A stretch of DNA of 64,000 nt from contig JASGHG010000001.1 of NCBI GenBank assembly GCA_047602425.1, positions 3,712,001 through 3,776,000 of the forward strand, in the 5' to 3' direction. This document shows, one piece after another, positions 37,148-47,657 of the stretch. Position numbers and translations under genes: made by a program. The DNA is from Nibricoccus sp. (GTDB taxonomy: Bacteria > Verrucomicrobiota > Verrucomicrobiia > Opitutales > Opitutaceae). How positions within the stretch are numbered: position 1 is the stretch's first letter; each line of letters starts with the position of its first letter. The notes under the pieces were generated by a model. It made no database searches. It saw nothing but the letters and a program-made list of their open reading frames with translations, and was not told the DNA's origin.

Positions 37148-37220
37148 GTTTAGGTTGAAAGTTTAGGTTTAAGGAGGGCGGTTTAAGTGGATGGCTTTAA
37201 CTTCAACTTGCCACTTAGAC
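37148..37220. repeat. 6-7-nt unit imperfect inverted repeat between pyrH and frr
   Basis: GTTTAG GTTGAAA GTTTAG GTTTAAG ... CTTTAA CTTCAA CTTGCCA CTTAGAC. Confidence 0.55.
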
Positions 37221-37242
37221 AGCCGAAAGGCGTTTACGCCGT

Positions 37243-37983
<741 letters not shown>

Positions 37984-38302
37984 GGCAGGGAGGAAACGCT
38001 TACGGCAAATCCTCGTCAATGCCTGAGATTGCGGTGGAAGACGCTACCGCACCGGCGAATGCGGGCTAGAAGGAGTCATGAAAACCGTAAATGACGTCCC
38101 GGGCGTCCGCCGACGGCGACGTGGTTCGCATTGGCGTAAGCAAAACGGCGATTTCGTTGTGACAGATTCCTTCTCGCGACTGACTGAGCAGAAATACGTA
38201 CGTAAATCTTCGGAGGCGGTTTCTATTTGAATATGTCCCGGGGTGTGAGGTGGGATTATGCGTCGGTTTCAACTTCTACACGCTTCGCTTGAGGACTCTT
38301 TT

Positions 38303-38539
38303 ATGAAACTTACCGTTGATACAAAAATCCTGATCTGGATGGGCGGACGCATGGTGAGCACTCGGATCATGCTCATCTCGCCTTCGGGAGATTACGTTTT
38401 TCTTGGTGCGAGGGCGACCGATACGGATTGCGCCCTGATTGGCTGGCGCAGAACCGTGCTCCTGATTGTGGCCGAGGTGCTGGAACGTCCGAACGCGGCA
38501 AACGCCGTGCCAGAACCCGAACCGGCCACACATTACTAA
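38303..38539 (+). CDS. Small hypothetical protein
   Basis: ATG at 38303 preceded by GAGGA; fills the gap between pyrH and the next convergent gene; no motif. Confidence 0.35.
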   Translation: MKLTVDTKILIWMGGRMVSTRIMLISPSGDYVFLGARATDTDCALIGWRRTVLLIVAEVLERPNAANAVPEPEPATHY

Positions 38540-38556
38540 ATGGCACGACGCGCGTA

Positions 38557-39483
38557 TCAGATGTACAAATACACGTAGCCGGCGAAGAGCAGGGCGGTGA
38601 CGCCGGCGGCAGCGGCGAGGGTCCAGAGCAGGTTGCGCTGGCGTGCGGCAATGGCGAAGGTGGCGATGATCACGGCCATTTGTGCACCGAGCATACCGTA
38701 GAAAAAGCGCTGGCTGCGACCGTGATGACGTTCGGCGCTGAGATTATTTTTGCGCACCTGCAGTTCGTAGAGATTGGCGATGACCTGATTGAGGCGGGCT
38801 TCGGCGTCGTAACGCTGGGCGGAGAAACGAATCCGCGCGGCGATTAGACTTTGCCGCGCCTCTTTTTGAACCAGGGCGTCGTTGAGGGCCTCAATGGCCT
38901 GATTGACGGGCTTGGTGGCGTCGTCGAAGGCGTCGGCCTGCTCTTTGGCGGTGATTATTGTCTCGGTGATGAGCTGGTGGCTCACCTTGCCAAGCAGGGC
39001 GGCGATTTCGGCGTCTGGCTTGAGCGCCTCGATGGCCGCCAGGGCGTTCGAGATCTCGGAGGGGAGCGGGGGATTCTTGGCGGTGGTGGGGAGTTCGCCC
39101 TTTTGCAGAAGCGTGAGGGCGTTTTGGCCGGCGGGATTGTCGATCAGCATTCGGAGCTTGTCGGAGCTGGCGACGGTTTGTTGGAGCGCCGCGAGATCGA
39201 GCGGCTGCGGCGGCGCGAGAACTTCCAGCAAATCGAGATTATTGCGCGCATTGGCGCTGCGCTGCCGTTTGGCTTGGAAGAAGCTCCATTGATCGCCGGC
39301 TTTGGATTGTTGCTGGGCGGCCAGCGAGCGGTCGTACTGGGCCTTGGTCATTTCGCTGGACGCGAGGCCGGCAAGCATGGTGGCGACGACCGTCATGACG
39401 ACGGGTGTCGCGCTCATGATGCGGCCGAGCAATGTTTGCGGGATGTCGGCTTTCAGGGCGGCAGGGATTTCGATTTTGGCCAT
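38557..39483 (-). CDS. DUF4337-like membrane protein
   Basis: N-terminal TM, KAGDQWSFFQAK motif, C-terminal TM pair after ERHH. Confidence 0.65.
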   Translation of the reverse strand: MAKIEIPAALKADIPQTLLGRIMSATPVVMTVVATMLAGLASSEMTKAQYDRSLAAQQQSKAGDQWSFFQAKRQRSANARNNLDLLEVLAPPQPLDLAALQQTVASSDKLRMLIDNPAGQNALTLLQKGELPTTAKNPPLPSEISNALAAIEALKPDAEIAALLGKVSHQLITETIITAKEQADAFDDATKPVNQAIEALNDALVQKEARQSLIAARIRFSAQRYDAEARLNQVIANLYELQVRKNNLSAERHHGRSQRFFYGMLGAQMAVIIATFAIAARQRNLLWTLAAAAGVTALLFAGYVYLYI

Positions 39484-39565
39484 GGCGGAGAATGATTGTT
39501 GTGCCGAGGGTGCCGGGACTGCTGCGGTGGCGCAAGTCTGCGTGCTGATTGGCGGCGGAGCTGAT

Positions 39566-41623
39566 TTATCGCCGCAGGAGATTGTTCAACGTCAGCAAAT
39601 CCATGATCGCGGAACGATCGTCGGTCCATTCGACTTTGTAGCCATCGAGAGATTGATCGACAAGCAGGTCGAAATCGGGATCCTTTCCGAGCGCATCGAA
39701 CCATTGGGTGACTTCGGCTTCGCGATCGGGTGGAAAGATCACGGCATAACTCGTGTTCATCGCGAGCAAGGACTGTTCGACCGATTTGTGTGGGGTGCTA
39801 TTAACGTACATACAGTTCCAACCCGCCTGACGTGCGCCAGCAGCAATCACGGGATAGAGATCGAAGGTGCGACTGCTGATGTGAGCCAGCAGGATGCCAT
39901 GATCGAGGCGGGCGATATAACCAGCGATGGCTTCTCGCGTGATGAGATGCGCCGGCACCGAGTCGCCGGCAAAAGCGTCCAGAACGATGACATCGAAACG
40001 TCCGGGATAGGCGGAAAGCCCGAGACGTCCGTCGCGCTGATGAATCTCAATTTTCGCAGGGCAATCGCGAAGGTAATAAAAGTATTCGCGGGCAATTCTG
40101 ATCGCCAGCGGGTTTATATCCCAGAATGCGAACAGATCGTCCTTGCGCCCGTACACGGCGAGCGTACCGGAGCCGAGACCGATCGAGGCGACGCGGAGCG
40201 AGGGCTGGGTTTTCTGCAGAGCGTTGAGCACTCCGCCGACAGCCGAACCACGGGTGTAGTAGGAAGTCGGCACGCGCCGGCTTTTTTTGTCCAGAACCTG
40301 CACACCATGCAGCGTAGTTTCGTTGGAAAGCCAAAGCTGACGGCCAATTTGCTCCAGTAGCAGCGTCCCGTAAGTATTGCGGAAGAACATCGGGCGTATT
40401 TCCCCCGCGCGTTCGATCTTCAATTGGGTATAAACGAACCACGCAGAAGGTACAACGACCATGAGAACAAGCGAAGCGCGGGCGATCGCCTCTTTTTTTC
40501 CAAGCAACTGCAACGCGAGAAACGTCAGCAGAAAGAAAGCTGCGGCCGTGAATTCGAGATTGCGGTTGAGAAGCAGCGGAGCGATTCCGCTGACGAAAAT
40601 GCCTGCCGCGAGTCCGCCGGCCGCGATGACAAGATAGAAGAAGAACGCCCGTCGGGCCGGACGCAACTGATAGAGGTAACCCTGGCCTCCGAGACATCCG
40701 AAAAACAATACGACCATGAGCCACAGCTTCGCCCATTGTTTTAGGGATGTCGCGCTGATGCCCTTGGCCTGCATGAATCCGAAAAGAGCAAAGCTCAGCG
40801 CAACCAGAGCTATGTAATTGAACGCAGGCCGCCACCAACCCGAAAACGTGAAGCTAAAGCTAAGGAGGTAGAAGCCAAGCGGAACGAGCCACGTGAGCGG
40901 ATTGGACCCGTATTCCGCGCTGAGGATGGGAATGGCACCCAGCATGAGCGTGCAGGTGAAAAACGAGAGGATGAACCACGCGACGACTGCACCTTGGGGA
41001 AGTTCTTCTGGTTCGGTATCTGGAAGACTGGATGGAGCATCCTTCGTCGTGGACCATTGCAAGCCGGACAGCACGAGCAAGGCCGCGCAAAGAATCCACA
41101 GGAGGCATTTCAAAATAAAGATCTGCCGAACCAGTCCAATGTGGGTCTCGATCGCAAAAGGATAGGCAAGCAAGGCAAGGATGCTGCCGACGTTGGAGAT
41201 GGCGTAGAGGTAGAAAGGGGGACGGCCGCTGCGTTGTTGCAACCAACCTTGCAGAACCAGTCCTGACGCCGTCGTGAGCAGGACGGTGGGAAGAAGCGAA
41301 AGCGTGAGACTCGCCAGCACGCCCGGCCATTCGGGCAAACCGGGAAATGCCCAGAGCGGTAATCGAAGGGACAACGGTGCCAGCACAGCGAGGATGGCGA
41401 TGAATTTTGGAAGAATATCCCGATGCTTTTCGAGACCCCGCCAGGCAAGGGCGTAACCGGCGAGCAACACGCCTTGAAAAAACATCGATAACGTGAGCCA
41501 CGTGCCAGCCGAACCGCCATAAACCGGCAGCAGAAGTTTGCCGGCGATGGGTTGCAGCATGAAAGTGAGGAACGCGGCGAGAGGTACGACGACGTGGGCC
41601 AGGAGGGTAAACAGCCGTTGCAT
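39566..41623 (-). CDS. Fused multi-TM / spermidine-synthase-like SAM-dependent methyltransferase
   Basis: LLLPVYGGSAGTW, PFYLYAISNVGS, TTLHGVQ, PTSYY, IGLGSGTLA, DGRLGL, DVIVLDAFAGDSVPAHLITREA, WTDD. Confidence 0.85.
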   Translation of the reverse strand: MQRLFTLLAHVVVPLAAFLTFMLQPIAGKLLLPVYGGSAGTWLTLSMFFQGVLLAGYALAWRGLEKHRDILPKFIAILAVLAPLSLRLPLWAFPGLPEWPGVLASLTLSLLPTVLLTTASGLVLQGWLQQRSGRPPFYLYAISNVGSILALLAYPFAIETHIGLVRQIFILKCLLWILCAALLVLSGLQWSTTKDAPSSLPDTEPEELPQGAVVAWFILSFFTCTLMLGAIPILSAEYGSNPLTWLVPLGFYLLSFSFTFSGWWRPAFNYIALVALSFALFGFMQAKGISATSLKQWAKLWLMVVLFFGCLGGQGYLYQLRPARRAFFFYLVIAAGGLAAGIFVSGIAPLLLNRNLEFTAAAFFLLTFLALQLLGKKEAIARASLVLMVVVPSAWFVYTQLKIERAGEIRPMFFRNTYGTLLLEQIGRQLWLSNETTLHGVQVLDKKSRRVPTSYYTRGSAVGGVLNALQKTQPSLRVASIGLGSGTLAVYGRKDDLFAFWDINPLAIRIAREYFYYLRDCPAKIEIHQRDGRLGLSAYPGRFDVIVLDAFAGDSVPAHLITREAIAGYIARLDHGILLAHISSRTFDLYPVIAAGARQAGWNCMYVNSTPHKSVEQSLLAMNTSYAVIFPPDREAEVTQWFDALGKDPDFDLLVDQSLDGYKVEWTDDRSAIMDLLTLNNLLRR

Positions 41624-41825
41624 GAGCGATGGGTTCGCCTATGAGAACGAAAACAGCTAAAAAAGCGATTGATTTGCGAGAGAGACTTTGGAGCGGATGA
41701 AATCAGTTGGTTGCGGCGCGTATGGTTGTGCTTTGGCAGGACGTTTGCATTTGGACGCTGTCAAAAAGTGCAGGTCTCTTTTGCGCTGACTGACAGCTTG
41801 CGTACTGTCAGCGCAACCATTCGCC

Positions 41826-43100
41826 ATGTCCGAATCACCACGCTCCCGTCGTAACATCGTTATTATTCTTTTGCTGCTCTTGCTGGCGCTACTTGCGCTG
41901 ATCCTGTTTCGCTGCTCATGCAGCTCGCCAAAGAAGCTGCCAACCCAGCCGCTAGCGACAGAAGCAGTACCAACCGCGTCCACAGGTGCTCCGCAGCCGA
42001 CGGAAATCCAGAAGCCCAAGGACGAAATTCTAACACCGGCCACGATCGTTGTTCCTGCGGTGGTGAAGGCCGGCGCGGCTTTTACCGTTCAATGGACCGG
42101 GCCCAATAATCCCGAAGACTACCTAACCATCGTGGTGAAGGAAGCGCCCGAACAAGCTTATGCGAACTATCAACAGACGCGCTTGGGCAGCCCGCTGGAG
42201 TTGACCGCGCCGATGCAGGCCGGCGGATACGAGGTGCGTTATGTCGCGGCACGTTCGAAAAAGATTTTGGGCCGGGCTTCGATCGAAGTAAAACCGGTCG
42301 AAGCGACCTTGACTGCGCCCGAGGAAGCGGTCGCGGGAACGGTCATTTCCGTGGGCTGGACCGGACCGAACAACGCGGGTGACTATGTTACAGTGGTGCC
42401 GAAGGGCACGCCGGACGGGCAATATGGAAATTACACCGAAACCGCCAAAGGCGCGCTGCTGAACTTGACGTTACCGCCAACTGCCGGTGAGGCCGAGTTA
42501 CGCTATATGAGCGCGCAAGGCCGGCTCGTTTTGGGAAGACGGGCGATCAAGATTGTTGCGGCGGCAGTGAGTCTTGTCGCGGCCGACGAGGCGATTGCCG
42601 GGTCGCTTTTGACGATCAATTGGACAGGTCCAAAAAATGCGGGCGACTACATTACGATTGTCGCGAAAACGAAGCCCGACGGCCAATATGGCAATTACAC
42701 GGAGGTGTCGAAGGGTTCTCCTTTGACTGTGCTTGTGCCAATCGAACCGGGTGAAGCCGAACTGCGCTACATGACAGGGCAGGGGGCGAAAGTACTCGCA
42801 CGGCGTGGGCTTCAGGTCATCGCGGCCAAAGTCTCGCTGGACGCTCCGTCGGAGATCGTGGCGGGCGCGCCCGTTTCGGTGGCATGGAGCGGGCCCAATC
42901 ATGGAGGCGATTATATCACCATCGTGGCGAAGAGCGCTCGCGACGGCCAGTACGCCGCTTATGCCAACACGACGGCGGGTTCTCCATTAAAAATATCCGC
43001 GCCGAAAGAAACTGGTGAGGTCGAGGTGCGTTACATGAGTGGACAAGGTTCGAAGGTGCTTGCCCGTCGCACGATCACGATTGTGCCGAAAACAGAGTGA
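41826..43100 (+). CDS. Membrane-anchored protein with four tandem ~88-aa beta-sandwich-like repeats
   Basis: N-terminal hydrophobic helix, Pro/Thr linker, 4x W(T/S)GPxNxxDY(I/L/V)T(I/V)V...Y...GSPL...E(L/V)RY..LARR. Confidence 0.8.
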   Translation: MSESPRSRRNIVIILLLLLLALLALILFRCSCSSPKKLPTQPLATEAVPTASTGAPQPTEIQKPKDEILTPATIVVPAVVKAGAAFTVQWTGPNNPEDYLTIVVKEAPEQAYANYQQTRLGSPLELTAPMQAGGYEVRYVAARSKKILGRASIEVKPVEATLTAPEEAVAGTVISVGWTGPNNAGDYVTVVPKGTPDGQYGNYTETAKGALLNLTLPPTAGEAELRYMSAQGRLVLGRRAIKIVAAAVSLVAADEAIAGSLLTINWTGPKNAGDYITIVAKTKPDGQYGNYTEVSKGSPLTVLVPIEPGEAELRYMTGQGAKVLARRGLQVIAAKVSLDAPSEIVAGAPVSVAWSGPNHGGDYITIVAKSARDGQYAAYANTTAGSPLKISAPKETGEVEVRYMSGQGSKVLARRTITIVPKTE

Positions 43101-43141
43101 GGGCTGCTGCGCCCAAGATGCCAGTTGCCGCGGGCTTCGGA

Positions 43142-43762
43142 TCAGTTTCCGCACTGAACCGCATTTATCGTTTTCGAATGGCCGCAATCACACGCCGACG
43201 TATTTCGAGGAACAGCCGCGATCACACGGCCGAGGCGGTCGAACTCAAAATGGCAGCAGCGATCGAGCATTTCACGTAGGAGCAGGCGCGCCCGACGGAC
43301 GCGGCTTTTTGTCGCGGTAAGCGTGAGGCCGAGACTGGCGGCGACGCTGGCGAGGGCTTCACCTTGAAATTCATGACGAACCAATGGTTCGCGGTAAACA
43401 GGCGGCAATTGCGCGATGAAACGCCGGAGTGAGGGCGTGAGATCGACGAGGTTTTGCCCACCGAGGTCGTCATCGGCGGCATCGTCCATGAACGGCACGG
43501 TTTCACGTTTCTCCCGATGGAGATCGACGAGCGCATTGCGCGCGATGCGATAGACCCAGCCTTGGAGCTTCGAGGTATCTCGGAGTGTCGGCAGTTGCTT
43601 GTGAATCCGCATGAACACGTCCTGCAAGAGATCGTCAGCATCGGCCGCTGAACGTGTGCGCGAACGAAGGAAATTGCGGAGTGGCGCGGACAATTCGCGC
43701 CACAGATCTTCGATAACGGCCTCGGATTCGACGGACGGGGCGGACTGGTTGGCCGGGATCAT
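43142..43762 (-). CDS. ECF sigma-70 factor, SigZ-like
   Basis: [41 protein letters not shown]-terminal [15 protein letters not shown] at 43762 overlaps the arsM stop (ATGA). Confidence 0.85.
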   Translation of the reverse strand: MIPANQSAPSVESEAVIEDLWRELSAPLRNFLRSRTRSAADADDLLQDVFMRIHKQLPTLRDTSKLQGWVYRIARNALVDLHREKRETVPFMDDAADDDLGGQNLVDLTPSLRRFIAQLPPVYREPLVRHEFQGEALASVAASLGLTLTATKSRVRRARLLLREMLDRCCHFEFDRLGRVIAAVPRNTSACDCGHSKTINAVQCGN

Positions 43763-44640
43763 TCGTTGCAGCACGAGGGTGCGCAGCAGGATTTGCCGTC
43801 GGGTTTTTGCGCGGTGACTTCGGCGGCGTAAACTTGGGATTCGAAACCACGTTTGGATTCCCAACTGGTGATAACCTCGTCGCTATTATTTTTTGGGCGT
43901 ATCAGGATGTTGGTGAAACCGTTCTCGGCCAGAATCGTTTTCAGTTCATTTTCGAGCGTGGCGCCGGCGAGACAGCCACTGTGCAGTGCGAGGTCCTGTT
44001 TGACCTTTTCAGACAGTTCGGTACGGGCGACGACGTCGGATACGGCAATGCGGCCACCGGGTTTCAAAACGCGAAAGGCCTCGCTGTAGACAGGGCGTTT
44101 GTCAGGGCAGAGATTGATGACGCAATTGGAAATGATCACATCGACGGTCGAATCGGCCACGGGCAAGGCTTCGATTTCACCGAGACGAAATTCCACATTT
44201 TTATAGCCGCCTTTTTGGGCGTTGGCGCGGGCTTTTGACAGCATCTCGGAGGTCATGTCGACGCCGATGACCCGGCCGGTGGGGCCCACTGCGCGCACGG
44301 CGAGAAAAGCGTCGAACCCAGCGCCAGAGCCAAGGTCGAGCACAGTCTGGCCGGGTTGAAGCGAGGCTATCGCGACCGGGTTGCCGCAGCCGAGGCCGAG
44401 ATTGGCGCCTTCGGGAACCGCGGCCAAATCGGCATCGGAATAACCGAGGGTGCGCGCCTGGGAGTCGGAACTGCAACCGCAGCTGTTTTTGTCGGCGGGT
44501 ATGGAGGGCGTGTTGCTACAGCAACCGGTGCTGGCGGACGCGCCGCTTGTGCTGAGCGTGGTTTCGCCGCTGGCGATGGAGCCGTAGCGCCGACGAACCT
44601 CGGCTTTGAGTGTTTCGGAATCAGGAGTGTTTGTTTTCAT
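43759..44640 (-). CDS. arsM: Arsenite S-adenosylmethionine methyltransferase
   Basis: [44 protein letters not shown]- and C-terminal CC pairs. Confidence 0.93.
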   Translation of the reverse strand: MKTNTPDSETLKAEVRRRYGSIASGETTLSTSGASASTGCCSNTPSIPADKNSCGCSSDSQARTLGYSDADLAAVPEGANLGLGCGNPVAIASLQPGQTVLDLGSGAGFDAFLAVRAVGPTGRVIGVDMTSEMLSKARANAQKGGYKNVEFRLGEIEALPVADSTVDVIISNCVINLCPDKRPVYSEAFRVLKPGGRIAVSDVVARTELSEKVKQDLALHSGCLAGATLENELKTILAENGFTNILIRPKNNSDEVITSWESKRGFESQVYAAEVTAQKPDGKSCCAPSCCNE

Positions 44641-44731
44641 GTCACCTTGGAAGACGGAACGACTCCGGAAAGGACGCAGACTTTTTTGTTTTTCGACGCA
44701 ACGCGCGATTGTGCCTGCGGGAAGATGAAAG

Positions 44732-44750
44732 AGTAATCTATTAGGTTACT
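44732..44750. repeat. Palindrome AGTAATC-TATTA-GGTTACT overlapping the acr3 stop codon (dispersed family member)
   Basis: 7-bp arms, one mismatch; its centre supplies the acr3 TAA. Confidence 0.55.
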
Positions 44751-45805
44751 TTGGATGGACGGCCAGTGAAGCGGTTTTGGAGGCGGAGCGCAACGTGGAC
44801 TAGGCAAATGAGCGCGGGGACTTCGATCAACGGGCCCACGACGGCGGCGAATGCGACGTCGGAATTCAGGCCGAAGACTGCAATGGCCACGGCGATGGCG
44901 AGTTCGAAATTGTTTCCCGCCGAGGTGAAGGCGAGCGTGGTTGAACGCGGATAGTCGGCGCCGAGTTTTTTTGCCATGAGGAAGCTGACGAGAAACATCA
45001 CGGCGAAATAAATCACGAGTGGGACTGCGATGCGCAAGACATCGATGGGCAAACGCACAATCGCGTCGCCTTTGAAGGTGAACATCATGACAATGGTGAA
45101 AAGCAGCGCGGTTAGCGTGATCGGCGAGATGCGTGGAATGAACTTCTTTTCGTACCAGTCTTCGCCCTTGAGCGGGACAAGGATCGCGCGGCTGAGCACT
45201 CCGGCGGCAAACGGGATGCCGAGATAAATCATAACGCTGCGGAAGATGTCACCCATGGCGACAGGCACGACAACGCCTTTGAGGCCGAAATACGGAGGCA
45301 AAACCGTGATAAAGAGCCAAGCGTAGAAGCTATATGTAAGGATTTGCGCGATGCTGTTCAGCGCGACGAGACCTGCGGCATATTCACGGCTGCCTTTGGC
45401 GAGATCGTTCCAGACGAGCACCATGGCGATGCAACGGGCGATGCCTACGAGGAGCAGGCCGACCATGTAGCCGGGATGATCGCGGAGCAATGTGATCGCG
45501 AGAACGAACATGAGAATAGGACCAACGACCCAATTTTGCACGAGCGAGAGCGTAAGGACGCGAGTGTCGGCGAAGAGGCGCGGAAGTTGTGCGTATTTCA
45601 CCTTCGCGAGCGGAGGATACATCATCAGGATGAGCCCGATGGCGATGGGAAGATTGGTCGTGCCCACGGTCATTGGCGCGAAAAACGCGACGGGATCGCT
45701 GATCACGAAATGCCCGAGCAGGACGCCAACCGCCATGGCGGCGAAAATCCAGACAGTCAGGTAGCGGTCAAGGAAGGAGAGGTTTTTGGCGATGGAGTCC
45801 GACAT
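44741..45805 (-). CDS. acr3: ACR3-family arsenite efflux transporter
   Basis: [58 protein letters not shown]. Confidence 0.95.
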   Translation of the reverse strand: MSDSIAKNLSFLDRYLTVWIFAAMAVGVLLGHFVISDPVAFFAPMTVGTTNLPIAIGLILMMYPPLAKVKYAQLPRLFADTRVLTLSLVQNWVVGPILMFVLAITLLRDHPGYMVGLLLVGIARCIAMVLVWNDLAKGSREYAAGLVALNSIAQILTYSFYAWLFITVLPPYFGLKGVVVPVAMGDIFRSVMIYLGIPFAAGVLSRAILVPLKGEDWYEKKFIPRISPITLTALLFTIVMMFTFKGDAIVRLPIDVLRIAVPLVIYFAVMFLVSFLMAKKLGADYPRSTTLAFTSAGNNFELAIAVAIAVFGLNSDVAFAAVVGPLIEVPALICLVHVALRLQNRFTGRPSKVT

Positions 45806-45852
45806 GTGAAATGGGGAGATTGGAAGGTTAGTAAACGAGGCTCAAGGCATGG

Positions 45853-46004
45853 GTCACAGAGTGCACAGAGCGCGGACACAGAGGCAGCGGGAGGCCACAA
45901 GGTAGGTTGCAATGAAGTGGTTAGCTCGACTGTTGGTTCTCAAGAAAGAGCGGAACTGGGTTTTCTCTGTGAACTCCGTGTAGAAGCTCTGTGTTCTTTG
46001 TGGC
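45853..46004. repeat. Intergenic long hairpin element, copy 2 (CAC(A/G)GAG-unit arms)
   Basis: Left arm GTCACAGAGTGCACAGAGCGCGGACACAGAG...; the right arm reverse complement is GCCACAAAGAACACAGAGCTTCTACACGGAGTTCACAGAG. Confidence 0.78.
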
Positions 46005-46018
46005 GAAAGATTTAGTTG

Positions 46019-46462
46019 TTAGGTTTTAGACTTTGATGCATCGCGGCGGCCGTCGGCGTAGGCGGTGAACTGGCGGCGGATTTCGTCGCGGACTTGCCGG
46101 AAGATCGCTAGCTTTTCGGCATCGGTGCCGGTCGCGTGGGCGGGGTCGTAAAAAGGCCAGTGGTGGCGGTTGACCTGACCGGGGAAAATTGGGCAGGCCT
46201 GGTCGGCGTTGCCGCAGACGGTGATAACGGTTTCAATTGGTTCGGTCATGAATTCGTTCCACGATTTTGAGCGGTGTGCAGATATGTCGATACCAATTTC
46301 CTTCATGACGGCGATGGCGAGCGGGTGGACGTAGCCGGCGGGTTTGGAACCGGCGCTGACGACGTTGAGAATATCGCCTGCGACGGATTTGAGGATGCCT
46401 TCAGCAAGATGGCTGCGGCACGAGTTGCCGGTGCAAAGGATGAGAACGGTTGGTTTGCTCAT
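46019..46462 (-). CDS. arsC: Arsenate reductase, LMWP/thioredoxin-type
   Basis: LILCTGNSCRS, ITVCGNADQACPIFPG, HWPFYDP, FRQVRDEI. ATG at 46462. Confidence 0.92.
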   Translation of the reverse strand: MSKPTVLILCTGNSCRSHLAEGILKSVAGDILNVVSAGSKPAGYVHPLAIAVMKEIGIDISAHRSKSWNEFMTEPIETVITVCGNADQACPIFPGQVNRHHWPFYDPAHATGTDAEKLAIFRQVRDEIRRQFTAYADGRRDASKSKT

Positions 46463-46472
46463 GAGGGAAAAA

Positions 46473-46835
46473 TCAGGAAGTGCGCATGCCACACGGACAA
46501 TCGCTCTTGCTTAGACGAACGCGAAGTCTGGCGAGTTTGGCGGCGTCGCGGGCGAAAACGGGGTCTTCGGTCACGCAGTCCTGGAGGCAGGCGAGATTGG
46601 CGCGAAGTTCGCGGGACGGCTTGGGAGGCAACCGGTACATCATCCAATTTCCCTCGCGCTCGGCCTCGACGAGGCCGCGGGTTTTCAGGTAGGCGAGGTG
46701 TTTCGAGACTTTGACCTGTGGCTCCTTGAGAATGTCTTGAATGTGGCAAACGCAGAGTGGGCCGCCGTCAAGCAGCGCCAGGATGCGCAGGCGGGTGCGG
46801 TCACAAAGGCATTCGTAGATGCGAATAAGGTTCAC
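46473..46835 (-). CDS. arsR: ArsR/SmtB metalloregulator
   Basis: LCDRTRLRIL, PLCVCHI, QVKVSKHLAYLK, REGNWMMY; GTG start at 46835. Confidence 0.88.
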   Translation of the reverse strand: MNLIRIYECLCDRTRLRILALLDGGPLCVCHIQDILKEPQVKVSKHLAYLKTRGLVEAEREGNWMMYRLPPKPSRELRANLACLQDCVTEDPVFARDAAKLARLRVRLSKSDCPCGMRTS

Positions 46836-46840
46836 GCGGC

Positions 46841-46880
46841 CAATATGCAGAAGTCGGTATATTCCGCAATAGGCATATTG
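46841..46880. promoter_or_regulatory. Candidate ArsR operator: CAATATGC-N24-GCATATTG with central TATAT
   Basis: 8-bp perfect inverted repeat immediately upstream of the arsR start. Confidence 0.55.
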
Positions 46881-46949
46881 TGACGAAGGCGAAAACTGGT
46901 TGGGAATTACGCGGCTTGCATGGCTGCGACAGAGTGTTTCATTCGCTGC

Positions 46950-47657
46950 ATGATTCAAAACGACTGGGTGATCGGCTTCGATGCAGACGATACGTTGTGG
47001 CACAACGAGACCATTTTCGAAGAGGTGCACAAGAGGTACCGCGCCTTGCTCGGTCATTATCACGAAGTAGCTACGGTGGATCGCACGCTCTTCGCCACCG
47101 AAATGCGCAATCTCGAACTCTACGGCTATGGCATCAAAAGCTTCATGCTTTCGGCGATCGAAACCGCGATCGATCTGACGCAGGGAAAGATTGGCACCGA
47201 TGAAATCCGGCAGTTAATCGCGCTCGGACAAGAAATGTTGAATCATCCGGTGGAGCTGTTGGACGGTGTGGCGGAAACGTTGCGAACGTTGGCTCCCAAA
47301 CACCGCATGGTGCTGATTACGAAAGGAGACTTGCGCGATCAGGAGCGTAAGGTAGCCAAGTCGGACCTCGCGCAATTTTTCGAGGCGGTGGAAATTGTTT
47401 CGGAAAAAAACGTGGACACTTACCAGCGGATTCTTTTGCGGCGGGGGATTGTTGCCGAACGGTTTCTGATGGTTGGAAACTCGGTGAAATCGGATATTCT
47501 TCCTGTGCTGAAGCTGGGTGGGGCCGGCGTATATATCCCTTATCATATCACTTGGGCGGGAGAGCAGGTGGAGGAAATGCCGACGCAGGATGCGCGCTTT
47601 TTCAGGATCGAAAACATCCGCTCGCTGCCGCAAATTCTCAAAACATGGCAAACATGA
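46950..47657 (+). CDS. HAD-family hydrolase
   Basis: IGFDADDTLWHNE, LITKGDL, EIVSEK, FLMVGNSVKSDILP. Confidence 0.9.
   Translation: MIQNDWVIGFDADDTLWHNETIFEEVHKRYRALLGHYHEVATVDRTLFATEMRNLELYGYGIKSFMLSAIETAIDLTQGKIGTDEIRQLIALGQEMLNHPVELLDGVAETLRTLAPKHRMVLITKGDLRDQERKVAKSDLAQFFEAVEIVSEKNVDTYQRILLRRGIVAERFLMVGNSVKSDILPVLKLGGAGVYIPYHITWAGEQVEEMPTQDARFFRIENIRSLPQILKTWQT

Noticed and set aside
43142..46880. Arsenic cluster as a mobile island
   Set aside because: No integrase, transposase, flanking direct repeats or obvious compositional shift seen.
46836..47063. N-terminal extension of the ArsR ORF given in the ORF track
   Set aside because: Overlaps the divergent HAD gene and the operator; the ArsR fold begins at GTG 46835.
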